Assembly (NCBI GenBank): GCA_051294905.1
Contig: CM119373.1
Coordinates: forward strand, 8,804,001 to 8,868,000
Direction: 5' to 3'
DNA length: 64,000 nucleotides
Origin: Botryllus schlosseri
Lineage: Eukaryota
Shown: one piece after another, positions 25,053 through 37,990 of the stretch
How positions within the stretch are numbered: the stretch's first letter is position 1
How the letters are laid out: every line of letters begins with the position of its first letter
Position numbers and translations under genes: made by a program
The notes under the pieces: model-generated
What the model saw: the letters and a program-made list of their open reading frames with translations, nothing else
Database searches by the model: none
Told to the model about the DNA's origin: nothing

Positions 25053-26017
25053 TTACCCGTATTTATTTCTAATCATACAATTTTTGATAAATCTCATTTT
25101 TTCGCGCATCTGCTGAAACTTCAGGCAACACTCGCTCTTGTAGCCGTGTACAATTTTGCTCAGCAGACGACCATTTTTTTCGTAAAACGCACGCAGTCGA
25201 TCGTCGTTAAGCAGTCTTATGACTTGCTGCTTTGTAAACGGGACTTGGTACCTCTGGCGTTTGTAAATGGTGATCACGAGACCTTCAACTCCATCGTCTG
25301 CGCGTTTGAATATTCAGACCATAATAGCGTTTTGAGATTGAAGATATCACTTTATCCTTTATTACAATTGATGCCGAGAGCACTGTTCGTTGCCGTTGTA
25401 GATTCTCTTGCCGTGCTTCGATCGCTCGACGGAAGGTTGTCGTCCTCTGTTTCCGGAGTTTTCGGAATACCGGTTGTTGATTCACACGAATCTTGATACG
25501 TAACTGGTTTTGAATCGATTGCGTATTAAATTTAGTCGACTGCACACACGTTGAGTTGATCCGCGTTTTGACGCGGCCAAATCCGAATATATGCTCTCGA
25601 GTTGGCTGGACAAGTGGACATGGCCGTCGCGAGTAATTTTCTGCAAACAATCGATCCAGCGACCGCCTTTCGAGCTCTCCCGATCCCATCGTAATGTTGA
25701 CAGGCCACTTCCGTGCTGTGCGAAGAGGGGATCGATACCTGATTTTGACGCACCTCTTCAACAGAGCTGCCCAAATCGCGACGATTTTACGTAGGTGCTG
25801 GTACGTCAGTGCCACGTCGCCGCGGTGGAGATATTCGATAACGAGCAGGGAAAAATTTTTGTACGGCTCGCCGTTTTGAGTTTCTGAGCGCGACTTTTTC
25901 CTGTGCGAATCGAAACTCGCGTTGCTTTGCTGGCAAATCTGAATGGACAACAGGTCGTACATCGTTTCGAAACACGTCGGCGACTTTGTAACGCTTACTT
26001 AAATCGCCCGTAGTCAC
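25053..26017 (-). other. Unidentified CpG-rich degenerate coding-like segment
   Basis: 225-aa ORF 25285-25962 plus overlapping frameshifted ORFs. No family motif I can support. Confidence 0.3.
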
Positions 26018-26102
26018 GTTGGCCCATAACGAACAGGCCCTGCTGCGAGCGGGATTTGTTCTGGTCGACTTGAACCACTCAACTCGTAGGTAATCTTTTA
26101 TA

Positions 26103-26395
26103 GCTGGCGACCAGAGCGCTAAATTTATTTAATCCGGTCTCAATCGAAAGATATTTTCACGCTCATTCGGAAAACATAAATTAAAATCTGGTCAGCGCAC
26201 TGGAACCTCCCCAAAATCCACCTCAAAGTTCGAAATTTTCATTGTTCCGAACAATAGGGGCGTCTGAGCTGAATGGTCGATTAACGCCTCGTACTCATTG
26301 TGACGCCATTGAGCGTCTCGGCGAAGTCGAACCATCTTCTCCGTGACTCTCGGAGTAATTAGCGTCGTATCAATCGCCGTAACGCGAATATGTCC
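26103..26395. repeat. Interspersed repeat module, with an inverted copy at 37065-37351
   Basis: Reverse-complement near-identity over about 290 bp (gacttcgccgagacgctcaatggcgtcacaatgagtacgaggcgttaatcgaccattcagctcag...). The inner ~130 bp also resembles 5245-5380 and both arms of 14656-15236. Confidence 0.88.
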
Positions 26396-27343
26396 CAATC
26401 AGAGTAGTTTTCTTCGTACTGCTTTTACAGATTTCGATAAATGCATATGATTGCACTGAAGACTACGCATATCAACTTGACATTTACTGGTAATGCATAA
26501 TATAACAGGCCATTTCGCGTCGTATCAATCACTGTAAACGAATAGGCTACAGTATAATTACGATGCGCATTTACAAATTTAGAAAAATACAAATCAGAGC
26601 ACACCAGTTCTTATCGTGTTAATTTACGAAACATTTTTATCCTCATAATTTGGTAAAACCCATTATGAAACAGTTCGTACATTCGGTCGCAATGCTTTTC
26701 AACCTTATGCAGATAAAATTGTGCTCTACGTTTTCTGATGAAGTTTCGTCGTCTCGATCTATTAGTAAAAATATGTCGGACTTACGTCACCCCACGAAAT
26801 TATTTTTTAAGTTTGAATTTTGAGTTGTTCCATTCTCAAGCTCACATTTTAATTTGTGTTTTCGGAATCAGTCCGACACTAACTTCTGATTACCACAAGC
26901 TGAAGGACTACCATTTATACGCACCACAAGCTGAAGGACTACCATTTATACGCTGCTTTTAGCCGGCTGTTGTGTACACTGTGCACTGTGCCGCCCCTGG
27001 CGCAGAGCCCTAACCACCCAGTCGCTGCTACGCCACTGACCTTCACTATCACGTATTTCACCCAGGGGCGTATACACCATTTCTCCCCCAGAGTCGGGCT
27101 ATACTACATCCTCTCCTCCTAATTTTCATGCTGACCAAGTCTTGGCACTGCCTACGACGTTGTATCTTGAAAAGAAGCTCGATACCTATATGCTTTTCTA
27201 TTATTCGTCCTTAATTGCCTGCGAAACCCCAATTTAACGCAGGCGAAACCTGACTTTGGTTTAAATTTTATTCGTCAACAATAAAAATAAGGTTGCAATG
27301 CGATAAAATCGAATAAACGTTGCAATCGGTTGCTCTGCTGAGA

Positions 27344-27573
27344 TAGGGTTACCATATTTTGGAAATCTGAAAAGAGGACACTTTTTCAAAAAAAGGTCAA
27401 CTTTCCGGCCATCAGCTTCTGAAATAGCCGCCGGAGCGTTACTTCAGTGCTTATTTACTGTATCTCAGTCGAATTTTACCCTATATTTAACCAAAAAAAG
27501 AGACATTTGAGCGTCCTTCGAGGACACTTTCAAAAAAGTCCAAAAAGAGTACAAATCCTCTTGGGTAACCCTA
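27344..27573. mobile_element. Non-autonomous hAT MITE
   Basis: TIR tagggttacc / ggtaacccta, perfect 8-bp TSD tgctgaga. Confidence 0.92.
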
Positions 27574-27633
27574 TGCTGAGAGAGCGCAACAGCGGCGCCA
27601 CGGGAAGGCTTGCAACATTGCCACCAAAAATTA

Positions 27634-27745
27634 GCCCTGAAAAGGGCTGTTAGTGAAAAGGTAGCCCTGAAAATGGCTGTTTATGAAAAGGTAGCTCTGA
27701 AAAATGCTGTTTGTGACAAGGCAGCCCCGAAAAGGGCTGTTTTAC
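27634..27745. repeat. 30-bp tandem repeat, about 4 copies
   Basis: Unit gccctgaaaagggctgttagtgaaaaggta with variants. Confidence 0.85.
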
Positions 27746-27805
27746 GACCGCCGCGTTGGGAGATAGGAGCTTTCGTACCAGTCGGCTATCATATTACCAA
27801 CCACT

Positions 27806-29976
27806 TCACGCTGGATATTCATGGGCAATCCACTCTAGCAATCTATTGTAGACTTCCCAGCGGCCCCCGGTCAGTGAACGAAACCATATTTCTGCCAAAT
27901 GCGAGGGAAACAAGTAAACAACGCAGGGGAAGTTCCTCGCATAATGCGCAGAAGCTTGTCCTTGACCGGGCGCCACGATGTTTCAATACATTGTGCACGA
28001 GCACCTGTATCAGGCGAAACGAAATAATTGGTGTGGTTCACAGTGTAGTGATGGTATCCGATTCTGTTGAGACCATTGTAGCCTCCCCATTCATCGGTCC
28101 GAATGATTCATGATTGTACCCAGCTCTACCTCGGCAAGAATCAAGTCATGGAGAGTTCGTTTATCCCGCCACTGGGAAGAGCCGAAGCTCTTTTGCCTTT
28201 CGGATTTCCTCGTTACGACTGTTATAAGAAATGGAAATTTGGCGCATTCCCACAACCCATGGAGCCCTCTGACCCGGCGTCTATTGGTTGCCAGATCCAA
28301 CACCAATGTTGGGATTTCTGCTTGGTCCAGGATCACTTTCTAGATCCGGACCAACTCCAGAATTCCCGTCACTCTCAACATCGCTTACCCCGGAAGTCCC
28401 ATCATCTCCATCGTCAGCAACTCCATCGCTACTCTCTGTCTGGTAGTCCCCACGTAAAAACCTACCACGATGAGCTCTCCGCTTCCCTCGAATAAGGGAT
28501 TCGTCGATTTCCACTACGATCCCGACTCCTCCCAATTTCTCGCGTCGCTGAAAACCTGCTAGGCAGATTTCCCGATAGAAATTGCGCCAGTCTACGATGC
28601 TGGCCTCAGTTAGGCCAAGAGATGTTGTAGTGTCCACGCCCAATCTATCCATCGACCAGTGCAAGATAATCTGCATCACCTTCTAGTAGCTGAGTTTGTG
28701 TTGGCACGGTTCTGCTTGTCCCTGTATGCAAAAAACGTCGGCGCTTCTTCGATATACGCCCCAGATCGAAACAGTGTTTCACATGTAACCAGCAAGTGTT
28801 TCCCATGGACACGATCAAATTTTATAAACGTCAAAATAAATTGTTTTTTGTCTGCGGAGAGACGGATATTAGGGTTGGATGTGGTGAAAGTTGGGGTTGG
28901 GGATATCAGGGTTGGGGGAGATTATGGTTGGGGGTAGGTGGATATTGGGGTTGTGTTAGGGTATTCCAGGGTTAGAGCTGGGGAAGGGGGATATTGGGGT
29001 TGGAGGCGGGTTAGGGTCAAAGTTGGTGTTAGGGTATCCCAAGATTAGGGTTGGGGATATCATGGTCGGGAGAGTGTGGAATATCGTGTCCCGCACTCCA
29101 GACCTATTCTTGGGTTACCCTAACCCTAACACAGCTCTAACCCTAACCCTAAACCCATCTTGGGATATATATCTCCGAACCCTAATATCCCACCTCCGGC
29201 AACCCTAATATCCCACCTCCGGCAACCCTAATATCCCACCTCCACCAACCCTAATATCCCACCTCCGGCAACCCTAATATCCCCCCTCCCCAACCCTAAT
29301 ATCCCCCTCTCCTCCAACCCTAATATCCCCATTTCCTAACCCTAACCGAGCTCTAACCCTAACCCTAAACCCATCCCCTAACCCTAATACCCCCTCCCCA
29401 ACCCCAATATCCCCCTCTCCTCCAACCCTAATATCCCCCTTTCCCAACCCTAATATCCATCATTCCTCGAACCCTAATATCCCCCCTCTCCAACTCTAAT
29501 ATCCCCCTCTACTCAACCCTAAAATCCTCCCTCCCCAGTCCTAATATCCCCCTCTCCTCCAACCATAATATCCCCCTTCCACAACAAAGGCAAAAAACAA
29601 TTTATTTTGACGTTTATAAATTTTATTGTGTCCATGTGAAACATCTGTTGGTGTCATGGGGAGCACTGTTTCGATCTGGGGCGTATATCGAAGAAGCGCC
29701 AAAACGTCTCGGTTCTCGGAGAGACATATGTGCTGCAGGCATTACAGCGAATGACCATGATGGAATCAGGGTTCTCCCCTTGCTCCTCGCACTCTCTTGC
29801 AGACGCGGCGGTCAGACTCCTTGCTCGTGTTGCCCATCGCAGTTTGCCTCGCTTTCTGCAGCGGGTGTTCGGACACCTTGAGAAAGACTCGGGCGTGCGT
29901 ATCAGTCCCTTAGTGACAAGGAACTCTTTCAAAAGGATATCGTTGAGTAAAACTTATAGAGTTTTGGCTCGCTCAT
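27806..29976 (-). pseudogene. Merlin (ISXO2-like) transposase split by a nested foldback element
   Basis: Zn ribbon CPNTRC...IRCNAC. After removing 28740-29700 plus one TSD the frame reads SPRTETFFAYRDKQNRANT. Then IVDWRNFYREIC, GGVGIVVEIDESL, PWVVG, TDEWGGY, VNHTNYFVSPDTG...CIETSW, LAEIWFR. Frameshifts and stops present. Confidence 0.9.
28740..29700. mobile_element. Non-autonomous foldback DNA transposon (GG termini, 8-bp TSD, Merlin-like) with internal inverted telomere-like arrays
   Basis: ~110-bp TIRs starting ggcgcttcttcgatatacgccccagatcgaaacagtg. TSD aaaacgtc at 28732-28739 and 29701-29708. G-rich ttagggtt/gggatat array at about 28866-29070 and C-rich aaccctaa/atatccc array at about 29115-29580. 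Confidence 0.9.
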
Positions 29977-30553
29977 CCTTGTTGCGCTGTGAAGCAGAAA
30001 TGGAACTCCACGTGTATTTTTTGTGGAATACATACAAAAATATCAATGGAGCTCATTGTTATGTCACTGCGATTTACGAAGCCGTGGGTGTCCCTGAGGG
30101 ACCTGGAGTCAAACATTGAGAGTTTTATCAATCTCATTATGACATGTAATCTAATTGGATATCAAGCCGACTATGATGCGACTATGTAACTTCCTATTAA
30201 ACACACATCCGGTGATCATCAATTCATCAGCCTCGCACCTTCAACCAAGTTATTCGAGCGGTATCCAAAATAATACACAAAATATCCTTAAATGCTGACT
30301 TTGCATATGAATTCTTTGACAATATTTATTCCATAATCTGAAATTTTTTGGTACACGGCCGTAGTCTATAGAAAGTATTCGAAAGTCGGCATCATTCTGG
30401 AATGCTTTTTAATTTGTCGTGAATTAACTATGGAGGTTAGTGATAACTTTTAATATGATATTATTAATATGATATTATAATCATCTCATCGTCGTTTTAT
30501 AATTACAACTTACAATAAACCGCTGTAGGCTACAGTATAACCTTTTATTACAC

Positions 30554-30680
30554 CAGAGGTCGCCAACTCAAAACGGGTTGCGGGCCACTTTTCAAATTTC
30601 GTGGAGGCCGCGGGCCGCATTTCGAGATAAAATAGGCCGCAGTCCAACAACCACGTTTTTGAATCTTGAAATCAGTAGGG
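30554..30680. mobile_element. Terminal fragment of a hAT non-autonomous element related to the right end of 40678-42273
   Basis: cagaggtcgccaactcaaaacgggttgcgggccacttttcaaa matches the reverse complement of 42230-42273. Confidence 0.7.
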
Positions 30681-31873
30681 GGGATTTGGTACCGATGAGA
30701 CACTGGGACCGAAAATGCTTGAAAAATTCTCTGTGATAATCCCATGATTACAGTACGTGACTTTGTTTACAATGGCATGCTGGAAGAATCTTCCCTCACA
30801 TGCAAAAAACTTCAACATGCGTGAGTTATTGGGTCTGTGACAAATGATTTACGCTTTAGTGGGTGTAAAAGAAATTTGGATCGACATATACATTTTTCTA
30901 TATCACCTTCCAGACTAGCAAACCCACTAAGCACTAAACAAGGAGGAACCATATGCAACAAAGTGATAAATAAAAACCCGTAGATGCATCATCACTACGC
31001 TCGTAGTACTAGGATTACCACGCGACCCGCAAAAAATTGTACGATATCGGTAACTTTAGCTTTACAATCCTTTGTCGGGTATTGGGTAATAGGCATCATA
31101 ACACTGGGTTAATATGATGACATAACATCTAGGAGCCATCTCTGGGTTAGCCAAGGTTGCTGATTTCTTTTTCATTGGCTTCGCGCCACCCTTTTTGTGC
31201 TTTCACGTCTCCCAGCTCGAGAATCACTGCACTGAAATGTATATGCAACAGTACAAAGCTTATTTTCTTGGTAGGTGTGCAGGTAAAATGCAGCTTTATG
31301 TTGAGTGGAGCTTGCAGTTTTTCTGAACTTCGCCCTCCCTTGACCGAATGTTTCGTGATTTTGACATAAAGACTGACCTCAATTAAAATCCTTAATCTCG
31401 ACGACTTGATCGACAAAAACTGAAAGGGTGGTTTACCCCTAGATCGAGTGTGCGAATATTTAGTGCTCTAAATTATAAACCTTCATTGATTTTCAGTTTT
31501 TGACTTTTTTGGCATGCGCATTAATACTTTATGCAGGTGGTAGATATGATGAGTCATATAGTAATCGTGAGCACTGATTGACTTGTTTTACGAATAAGGG
31601 ATTTGGACTTGTCTTCAAAAGTTTGAGAAACACTGTTCTAAAGTAAATATTCCTACAGCCCGATCTCAAGGCCCACGCAGTTAAAAAGGTTTCAACTACT
31701 AAACATCATAGAACTCCTAAACGAGATTGACATAATTAAGATCACGAGTATGATTGCAGATTGGCCACTCCAATTTTAATTATTTCAGTGATGTTCTTAT
31801 GAAAATCGATTCGCGCGTGTTTTAGGTATATTCGTTATCTGTACGCGCAGAATTAGGGTATTTATATGTACAC

Positions 31874-33514
31874 TAGGGTTGTCCAAAATTTGGAAAATCT
31901 TACAAATCCTCCGTTGTAATGTCTTATTCTATAGATTATTGATAAAAAACGACACTGAGCCTGAAAGAAGCTCACAGGAAGGCCGTTAAGATTTCGTGCA
32001 AAGCGTTTGAAAGTAGCTGCCGGAGAATGGGCGTGCCACCGACCATAGAACGGCGAGAAGACTAGCAATCACGAAACCACGGCTCTTGATTGGCTAATCG
32101 GCTATGCTTCAATGACCACGACAGCAGCAGCTTGCTGTGTAGGTGATCAAGGAGTCTGCTACCGGCGGCTATTCTGAAAGCGCATTTAATGTAGGTTGAC
32201 AGATAATGATTTAGGATTAATTCAGGGTATGTTGAGGTACGAAATACATGATGAACAAACAACAGCTGCTTCACCAAAACGTCTAAAGCCAGACCGCTTT
32301 ATTGTGAAGGGAACCGCCATAGCCTATATGCCTTGTTTTCAACGAGAGAAAGCATAGGCGCTTATGCAAGTAGAGACGGATTCCTAGTTCCAGAAAGAAT
32401 ATATCATTATTGAATACAAATATAAAGCTCAACAACCACACTATAATTTGTGTGATCTTATTGGGCTCAGGTTTTGTAGTACATAGTTGAAGTTTTTAAA
32501 GCTCTAAGGATCGGCTAAATCAGCGGGTTATGCTTGGTACTTTTTAGATGCTTGCATCAAAATGTATTCACTTGCAAGTGTTGTCAAAGTCCTTGATGAT
32601 GACGCAGAAAAGAGGTGTAAAAGTAAGCACATACTATGCTGGACATGATATATCAAAGTCCTTATTAATCGCACAGAAAGGGGGTGTAAAGGTAGGCACA
32701 GACAATGCCGCATAGTGCATAGCATCCAGCATAGTTTGTACAACATATCAAGCATAGTCTGTGCTTGCATTTAAACCTCGTTTCTGCGGCATCATTCGGG
32801 ACTTTGAAAACACTTACAAGTGAATTCAATTTGCTGTTAACATCTGATAAGTGCCAAGCCTAACCGTCTGATTCAGTCGATCCCTAGAGCATTCAAAACT
32901 TCAATTATGTACTACAACCTGAGCCCAATAAGATCACACAAATTATAGTGTCATTGTTAAGCTTTATCTTTGTATTCAATGATGATATAACCTTTCTGAA
33001 ACTAGCAATCTGTCACTATTTGCATAAGCGCCTATGCTTTCCCTCATTGAAAGCAAGGCATATAGGCTACGGCAGTTTTCTTCACAATAAAGCGGTCTGG
33101 CGTTAGACGTTTTGTGAAGCAGCTGTTGTTTGTTCATCATGTATTTCGTACCTCAACATATCCTGAATCAATCCAAAATCATTAACTGTCAAACTACATA
33201 CAATGCGCATTCAGAATCGCCGCCGGTAGCAGACTCTTTGATCACCTACACAGCAAGCTGCTGCTGTAGTGGTCATTGAAGCATAGCAGATTAGCCAATC
33301 AAGAGCCGTGGTTTTGTGATTGCTAGTCTTCTCGCCGTTCTATGGTCAGTGGCACGCCCATTCTTCAGCAGCAACTTTCAAACGCTTTGCACGAAATCTT
33401 AACGGCCTTCCTGTGAGCTTGTTTCGGGCTCAGTGTCGTTTTTTATCAATAATCTATAAAATAAGACATTACAACGGAGGATTCGTAAGATTTTCCAAAT
33501 TATGGACAACCCTA
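31874..33514. mobile_element. Non-autonomous hAT-type foldback element with ~660-bp inverted arms
   Basis: Termini tagggttgtcc / ggacaacccta, perfect 8-bp TSD atgtacac. Arms 31874-~32540 and ~32848-33514, spacer about 310 bp. Confidence 0.92.
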
Positions 33515-34037
33515 ATGTACACATAGTAGAAGCGTGTTTGAAGCTAACATGGTTATGATGCTGTCAGCATTGTGTGTCTGGAACTGAACCCAAAAGTGGA
33601 ATTAGTAAATCTATGAACAGATCGATGCTCACAGATTAAAATTTCAATCCTGTTCTAAGAATCGGGAAAACCGACTTTCATCTCTATAGTTTTGACAAAT
33701 TGGTTATTGAGGTCGACCAGACTATGAAATCTCGCCACTGTTTTTGACGCGTTGACGATATCATCAAAGCAATGTTATGATTGATTTGGATAAGCATATA
33801 TATTATCTCCATGTCCTCACTACATAATCAAATACCAATATAGCGTTTTGGTTTATAATCCCAATTTTACATGGTGCGGACCGCGAATAAATTCAGATGT
33901 TGAATGCGGCCCACGAACTCAGAAGTTTGCCCACCCCTGAACTAAACTATATGGAAAGAGTGATTCAGTTGCTTCGTACACTCAGCCACATTGCCTTTAT
34001 TTTGAATCTGGATTACGCATGCCAGGTACGTATAGGC

Positions 34038-35468
34038 CAGAGGTCTCAAACTCAAATGTGCTCGCGGGCCATTTCCTAGTTTTTGATGACGCGGCGGGCC
34101 GCAGCATCAATAATCGGGATATTCAATGTATAGGTTCTAACTAAACCTTATTTGACGGGTCCTTGCAGAGAGGCATTCCATAAACATCATGGAAATGTGA
34201 TTTACTATTGCTTTATTCATGCTTGACCCGAAATAAAATCACATTTAATTTATTTAAATAATAAGTTATAGACATAATACGAGAGGATTCATCATGACAT
34301 CGTAAAACTGTCGGGTTATAATAGTGCAGCTAGTGGACCTTTGACGTGCCACAATTTTATGTATTATATTTTAAAATATCTAATCCTGGTTTTGATAAAG
34401 TCGTGATAAATATAGGCTATTGTTATTGTCATTGCCAAAGTCAAACGAAATCCGCGCTAGATTTTTCCTTCGATTATTACTGGAACATTTCAATAACAAC
34501 TTGAATATAATAATTATTGAGCCACAGTAAGAGCATTGCTTCTTTGCCCTTGTGCTTCCAATGAGATTTCTCGTAGCGCCTGTCCATTTTCAACACAATT
34601 TCTGATAGTACCTACATTAAAATCAGAAAGCCCATTCACACAAGACTATTTTCCAGTTGAATTAATTGGCCAAGAAAATTATTCCACAGCATATAGGCCT
34701 AATTCCACAATGCATCTCGCACACCCTGATGTGGTGCTTCCTACCCCGATGGGGTTTACGGACCCTGGTTAAGAACCCCTGGAATAGAAATGCTCAATCG
34801 GCGAATAATTCATTGGTGTTACAGCTGTATACCGTAGTATTACACTACTCACTTACGATAATAACATGGACAAAGAGAACAAACAACACCCAGCATGGAA
34901 CCAACTATACGTCACGTGGGTCATAGAATGCCAATGGTTGCCATACTGACCTGATTAGATAGTTATATAATCTAAGCAGCGCAAGCTACGACCTTTGATA
35001 TATTACTATTCTCCATGACAGTTTCATAGATTGTTGCGCCCGTAGGATTAACAAGTCACCGTTTCGATTCGCAAGTCCTTGTCTGATTTTAACGTTTGAT
35101 CCAACTCAACTCGTGTCATTTTTGTTTAATCACTCAGTCAATCCAAAACCGAGTCATTTTACGAGAAGGTCGCACCAAACCAAACCACAATTTTAAGTCA
35201 CGAATCATCAACGGGTCATGTTCTATCGTCATGAACTAGAAAGCGACGTAATAGCTGATCTTCTGCCTCATGGTAGCTTTTAAAAGTGATGTGATAGTGA
35301 AGTTTGTTGAGATCCCAGTGATTTTTATAGTAGTTCTAGATTGAACTTTAAGCTCTTACATCTAAAAAAATATATGACAGTTGAAGATATTGTTGAATAC
35401 TTGAAATTCCCAAATGCCGTCGCAGGCCGCACAAAATGCTCTCGCGGGCCGCGTGTTTGAGACCTCTG
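34038..35468. mobile_element. Non-autonomous hAT element
   Basis: TIR cagaggtctcaaac / gtttgagacctctg. TSD gtataggc / gtatagac (7/8). Confidence 0.82.
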
Positions 35469-37351
35469 GTATAGACAGTGTAATCTTAGCATATTAATAA
35501 ACAGGCTTCAAAGCAAACGAATTTCCTGTTCATTTGATGCAGCCTATGGTTTTAGTCATTGAAAAAGCAAGTTTTATGTTTTGAATTCGAAGCAACCTTT
35601 CGCGGACCGCACAGAATAGCTTCGAAACCCGTGCGCCCGAGGGCCCTGACCACATAAAACGCTGATTCCGTAGTAAGTGTAATCCAGGGGTGGAAAACCT
35701 TTACGCTTATTCACGGCCTTTTTTTTATTAGATATACAGCATACAATCGCCACGGCATCTCACGTCATTCACTAACGATAAATTAGCTACTGGAAACTTG
35801 GAACCGCGGAGAACCCTTTGCATATAAAAGTTTTTAACTGTGCCAGAGAGTATATAGTAGGCAATATATGGTCGCTGACGAGTCGTAATGGGTTCTTATG
35901 AGTGCGGTGGTGACTTGCCGTAAAACTCTTGGTGATGACCCCACCCTTTTAGATGAAGTCCACGATATGTGATTATATTTATTTGATTAGCAGCACTTGA
36001 ACTTCATCCACTGCAGATATCCTGCATATGTGAAGAAAACAACGATGTAGCCTATCGGCACTCTGGGTAATGTTCCCAGAAATTCGATCATGATATTTTT
36101 GTCATGTTGATGATCCCACATTGTGTATATATATTCATGCCGTTCTTACTGGTCGAAACTACCATATGATCAGGACGGGAATACAAGAAAACGCATTGCT
36201 CTATCAAGTATGCCGGGCCCCAATTGTGGAACAGCATCTTGCCGGCTATCTGACAGTCGTCGAGCGTGTCCGCATTCAAGTCGAAATACAATCAATTTCT
36301 TCTGAATGAAGACTAGTCAGCCCTCAACATTTACCGGACCACGACCTGACATATCGCTGCAAATATATTAACAACGACCAAATTTACATATCAACAACAC
36401 AGTAATAATGACCAAGTTGACGGCATATCTTGATCAAACATCATCACACAGTCGCGAGAATCCCCGGAGTCATTTTCCCATCGTTTCATCATTTTCACCT
36501 GAAACTTCTTCGCCTCACAGCAGTCATATTGCGTTCATTCGTCATTTCTCTCCCTGTTAAAATGATCAACTATTATATTTTATGTCCTTATTCCCAATTT
36601 TGTTACGTATTCAAGTAGGTCCGGGTGACGGAATCGCCAGAAAAAAACGTACTTGTGTGATAATAGCTATACATATACATTTGCGTTCACAACCCGCAGA
36701 CCAATTATATCAGAGAACACCTTTCATCATATTGTAATTGCTTATATTAATAATCGCTAGATTTACTCGGACCAGAAGTCGCATACCCGCAGTCACCCAT
36801 CTGGAATTGTGTGAGGTTGATGCCAAGTACGCATCCATGTCACACTGGCATGCTGTTTTTGCTTTGGTTGGGTTGTAGAGGGGAAGTAGAGAAGAACTGG
36901 TGTGTTATCATTTGTATTTGGCCAAATTTGTAAATGCGCGACGTAATTACAGAGACGCATTCGTTAACTGCAGACCTGGGCAAGTGCGGCCCGCGGAGCA
37001 ATTCTAAGCGGCCCGCAAAAATCTGCTTGGAATCCCAAACATAAAACCTACATATGAATGTTGCGCCGCGTTACAGCGATTGATACGACGTTAAATACTC
37101 CGAGAGTCACGGGGAACACGGTTTGACTTCGCCGAGACGCTCAATGGCGTCACAATGAGTACGAGGCGTTAATCGACCATTCAGCTCAGGCGCCCCTATT
37201 GTTCAGAACAATGGAGATTTCGAACTTTGAGGTCGATTTTGGGGGGGGGGGCTCCATTCCCCTGACCAGATTTTAATTTATATTTTCGGAATCAGTGTGA
37301 AAATATCTTTCGATTGAGACCAGTTTAAATAATTTTTGCGCTATGGTCGCC

Positions 37352-37990
37352 ATCTTTATAGGACTATCCGTATAATGCACCGCGGGACAAAAGTACACAA
37401 CGGATACAGACGTGTTCTGGTCCAAAACTATCAACAAGGCAAACTTCCGCTCTTCTTTAACATCCGAAGAATAACATGCAAAGTTTTCTACCCGCCTGGG
37501 GAATACGAACCTGAATGTTACCACTGTTTTCAGAAAGGCCACACAGCCCGTAATTGCTTAGGAGTAACAGCATGCCTCGAATGCAAACAACCAGGGCACC
37601 GTAGAGCTAACTGCCCAAAACTCATAGACGAGTTTCCCACCCCTCAAGAGATAAAACACAACATGACAATTGAAAGTAATGAAGAGAACAACCCAAATGA
37701 ACCCAACGAACATCAAGATCCTCAAAATGTAGAAGAGGATAACACAGAAGAAAACAACGAACATAACGAAACAACTAATGAAGAAAACGAAAAAGAAGAA
37801 TCTAATAATGACGAAGAAAACGAGAGATCCCCGATATTACCAACAATATCCGAAAGCTCCTCCCCATCCTCCTCCGATGAGAGTGATGCAAACACAGACC
37901 TATTCGAAATATCAACCGAAAAAAGACCATCCCTATCAGACGATGTAGAAAACCCCGAAGAGATGAAAACATCTACACTACTAGCTGAAA
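37352..37990 (+). pseudogene. Tx1 ORF1 C-terminal part (zinc knuckles plus acidic linker)
   Basis: CYHCFQKGHTARNC and CLECKQPGHRRANC, followed by an E/N/S-rich tract. N-terminus lost at the 5' truncation. Confidence 0.85.

Noticed and set aside
25860-25930. Crypton/tyrosine-recombinase resemblance (QNGEPYKNFSLL)
   Set aside because: A single short motif with no catalytic R-H-R-Y residues in order.
28866-29580. Head-to-head chromosome-fusion (interstitial telomere) site
   Set aside because: The arrays lie inside TIRs with an 8-bp TSD and split a transposase in frame, so they arrived by transposition.
31862-33526. Twin 68-aa ORFs on opposite strands as duplicated genes
   Set aside because: They are chance ORFs in the two arms of the foldback element.
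23759-33939. 10-kb composite hAT bounded by a perfect 16-bp TIR pair (caggggtgggcaaact / agtttgcccacccctg)
   Set aside because: Flanks gtctaagc and aactaaac match at only 5/8 and fit the family target bias anyway. Two independent fragments are equally likely.
36088-36620. Missing N-terminus of Tx1 ORF1 or host exons
   Set aside because: Short ORFs with no recognisable motif or consistent splice pattern, separated from ORF1 by unrelated repeats.
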